From Longimicrobiales bacterium (GTDB lineage Bacteria; Gemmatimonadota; Gemmatimonadetes; Longimicrobiales; Gaopeijiaceae), in contig CBDFIQ010000002.1 of the NCBI GenBank assembly GCA_965248195.1, forward strand, positions 2,880,001 through 2,944,000: a DNA stretch of 64,000 nucleotides, in the 5' to 3' direction. Both the position numbers and the translations under genes were made by a program. The notes under the pieces were generated by a model, which ran no database searches, had not been told where the DNA came from, and saw only the letters and a program-made list of their open reading frames with translations. Shown in pieces: positions 62,732-64,000 of this stretch; the stretch's first letter is position 1, and every line of letters begins with the position of its first letter.

Positions 62732-63598
62732 ATGCCGACCGCAACGCCTGACACGCCACAGCCACTCGATCCAACTCCACTCGATGATCTGGCCGGGTCT
62801 TCCCTTCTGGCGGTCTTCGCACATCCCGACGACGAGTCCCTGGCGTGCGGCGGCCTGCTCGCGCGGTGCGCCGCATGTGACGTCCGGGTCTCGCTCCTTT
62901 GCCTCACGCATGGCGAACACGGTCCGGGGCGTGACGGCGACCACGGCCCGGGACACGACGACGAGCGGCTTGGTGACATTCGGGCCGGCGAGCTGCAGGA
63001 TGCCGTACGCGTTCTCGGCATACGCGACCTCGTATTGCTCGACCACGAGGACGGCATGCTCCCCTGGATCGACGGCGCGCGGCTCGAAGCGGACATCCTC
63101 GGCGCCATCCGCCGGTTCCAGCCACACGTCGTCGTCACCTTCGACTTGGACGGCCTCTACTGGCATCCCGACCACATCGCGGTACACGAACGAACCACTG
63201 CTGTTGTCGCCGGGCTCGGCACAGACGGTCCGGCACTCCTCTATGTCAGCCTGCCTGCAGGCGCCATGCGCGGCGTCGTGGATGCCGCGTCGAATGACCC
63301 CGCGAGCAGTGATGAGCCTCCGAGACCAATCCTCGGTGTGGCCGATGCGGATGCGTTCGGATCGATGGCCCCCGCGCCGACGCTCGTCGTGGAGGCCGGG
63401 GAGTTTGCGGGCCGCAAGCTTGCCGCGCTACGCTGCCACCGCACGCAGCTCGACGGGAGCGCGCTGGAGTACGTCAGTGAAGCAGACGGGGCCCGGCTCC
63501 TCGCGACCGAGCACTACCGGCGTGCGGAGGTCGGCTCGCGCGGTGACGTCTTCATCGAGCGTTTTGGCACCCCGATCGCGGTAGGCGGCGGCGCATGA
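62732..63598 (+). CDS. PIG-L/MshB-family deacetylase
   Basis: AHPDDE, T.GE, YWHPDH, CHRTQ; start moved to ATG 62732. Confidence 0.88.
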   Translation: MPTATPDTPQPLDPTPLDDLAGSSLLAVFAHPDDESLACGGLLARCAACDVRVSLLCLTHGEHGPGRDGDHGPGHDDERLGDIRAGELQDAVRVLGIRDLVLLDHEDGMLPWIDGARLEADILGAIRRFQPHVVVTFDLDGLYWHPDHIAVHERTTAVVAGLGTDGPALLYVSLPAGAMRGVVDAASNDPASSDEPPRPILGVADADAFGSMAPAPTLVVEAGEFAGRKLAALRCHRTQLDGSALEYVSEADGARLLATEHYRRAEVGSRGDVFIERFGTPIAVGGGA

Positions 63599-63655
63599 GA
63601 CTCAGACGTCTCACCGGGGAAGGCCGCCGTGCTGATCTGAGCCACTGACCCTCGC

Positions 63656-64000
63656 ATGCACGCGAGCCTCCTGGACATCCTGCGCTGCCCCTTTTGCGGG
63701 ACCGCGGTCTCGATCGTCGAGAACGACGCGCTGGCTCGCGAGGGCGCCCGCATCGAGGAGGGAGTGCTCGGGTGCGAGTGCTGCGCCTTTCCCGTCGTCG
63801 CTGGTATCCCCGTGATGATGGCCGACGAGACGACGCGGCATGCCCTGCACGCCCTCGAGGCGGGCCGGGGCGACGAGGCGCTCTTCGGCCTCTTGGGCCT
63901 TTCCGACGATAAGGCACGCCAAGAACACTTTCGCACGCTCATGACACGGGACACCGCGAAGTATCGCGGCGCCCTCGAGCTTCTGTGTCACGACGCCGAG
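63656..64000 (+). CDS. Protein with an N-terminal Trm112-like zinc ribbon (possibly methyltransferase-linked); runs off the window
   Basis: Manual translation MHASLLDILRCPFCG...EEGVLGCECCAFPVVAGIPVM; open to the window end. Confidence 0.65.
   Translation, partial: MHASLLDILRCPFCGTAVSIVENDALAREGARIEEGVLGCECCAFPVVAGIPVMMADETTRHALHALEAGRGDEALFGLLGLSDDKARQEHFRTLMTRDTAKYRGALELLCHDAE

Overview
High-GC bacterial chromosomal window; the gene repertoire suggests Gemmatimonadota or a similar lineage, but that is inference only. In order it holds: a membrane class III adenylate cyclase with Ig-like domains and an NHL/TPR partner; a cupredoxin; a siroheme-dependent sulfite reductase operon (reductase, hypothetical protein, cbiX/sirB, cobA-hemD); a MATE exporter; a choice-of-anchor-B-like protein; a UxxC peroxiredoxin-like selenoprotein; a cobalamin-riboswitch-controlled TonB receptor and lipoprotein; a histidine kinase/response regulator/HEAT/GT2/TPR-barrel putative exopolysaccharide locus; nfuA, an ATP-grasp gene, an internally deleted CUAEP-tail radical SAM selenoprotein and moaA; hspQ; an orphan pterin/flavin-like cluster (RibA, creatininase-family, RibD, PTPS-like, glycosyltransferase, CDP-alcohol phosphatidyltransferase); and a glycosyltransferase/ABC cluster running off the right end. 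The main discovery is not in the ORF track. Two cysteine-rich leader peptides, each followed by mutually exclusive antiterminator/terminator hairpins, lie upstream of the sulfite reductase operon and look like a tandem cysteine-sensing transcription attenuator. A 3,209-bp IS1595-family element (28-bp TIRs, 8-bp TSD CTAAGTTT) carrying a C5-methyltransferase and NotI-like endonuclease pair has inserted between them. A MITE-like element sits inside the same operon. No rRNA, tRNA or CRISPR array was seen.
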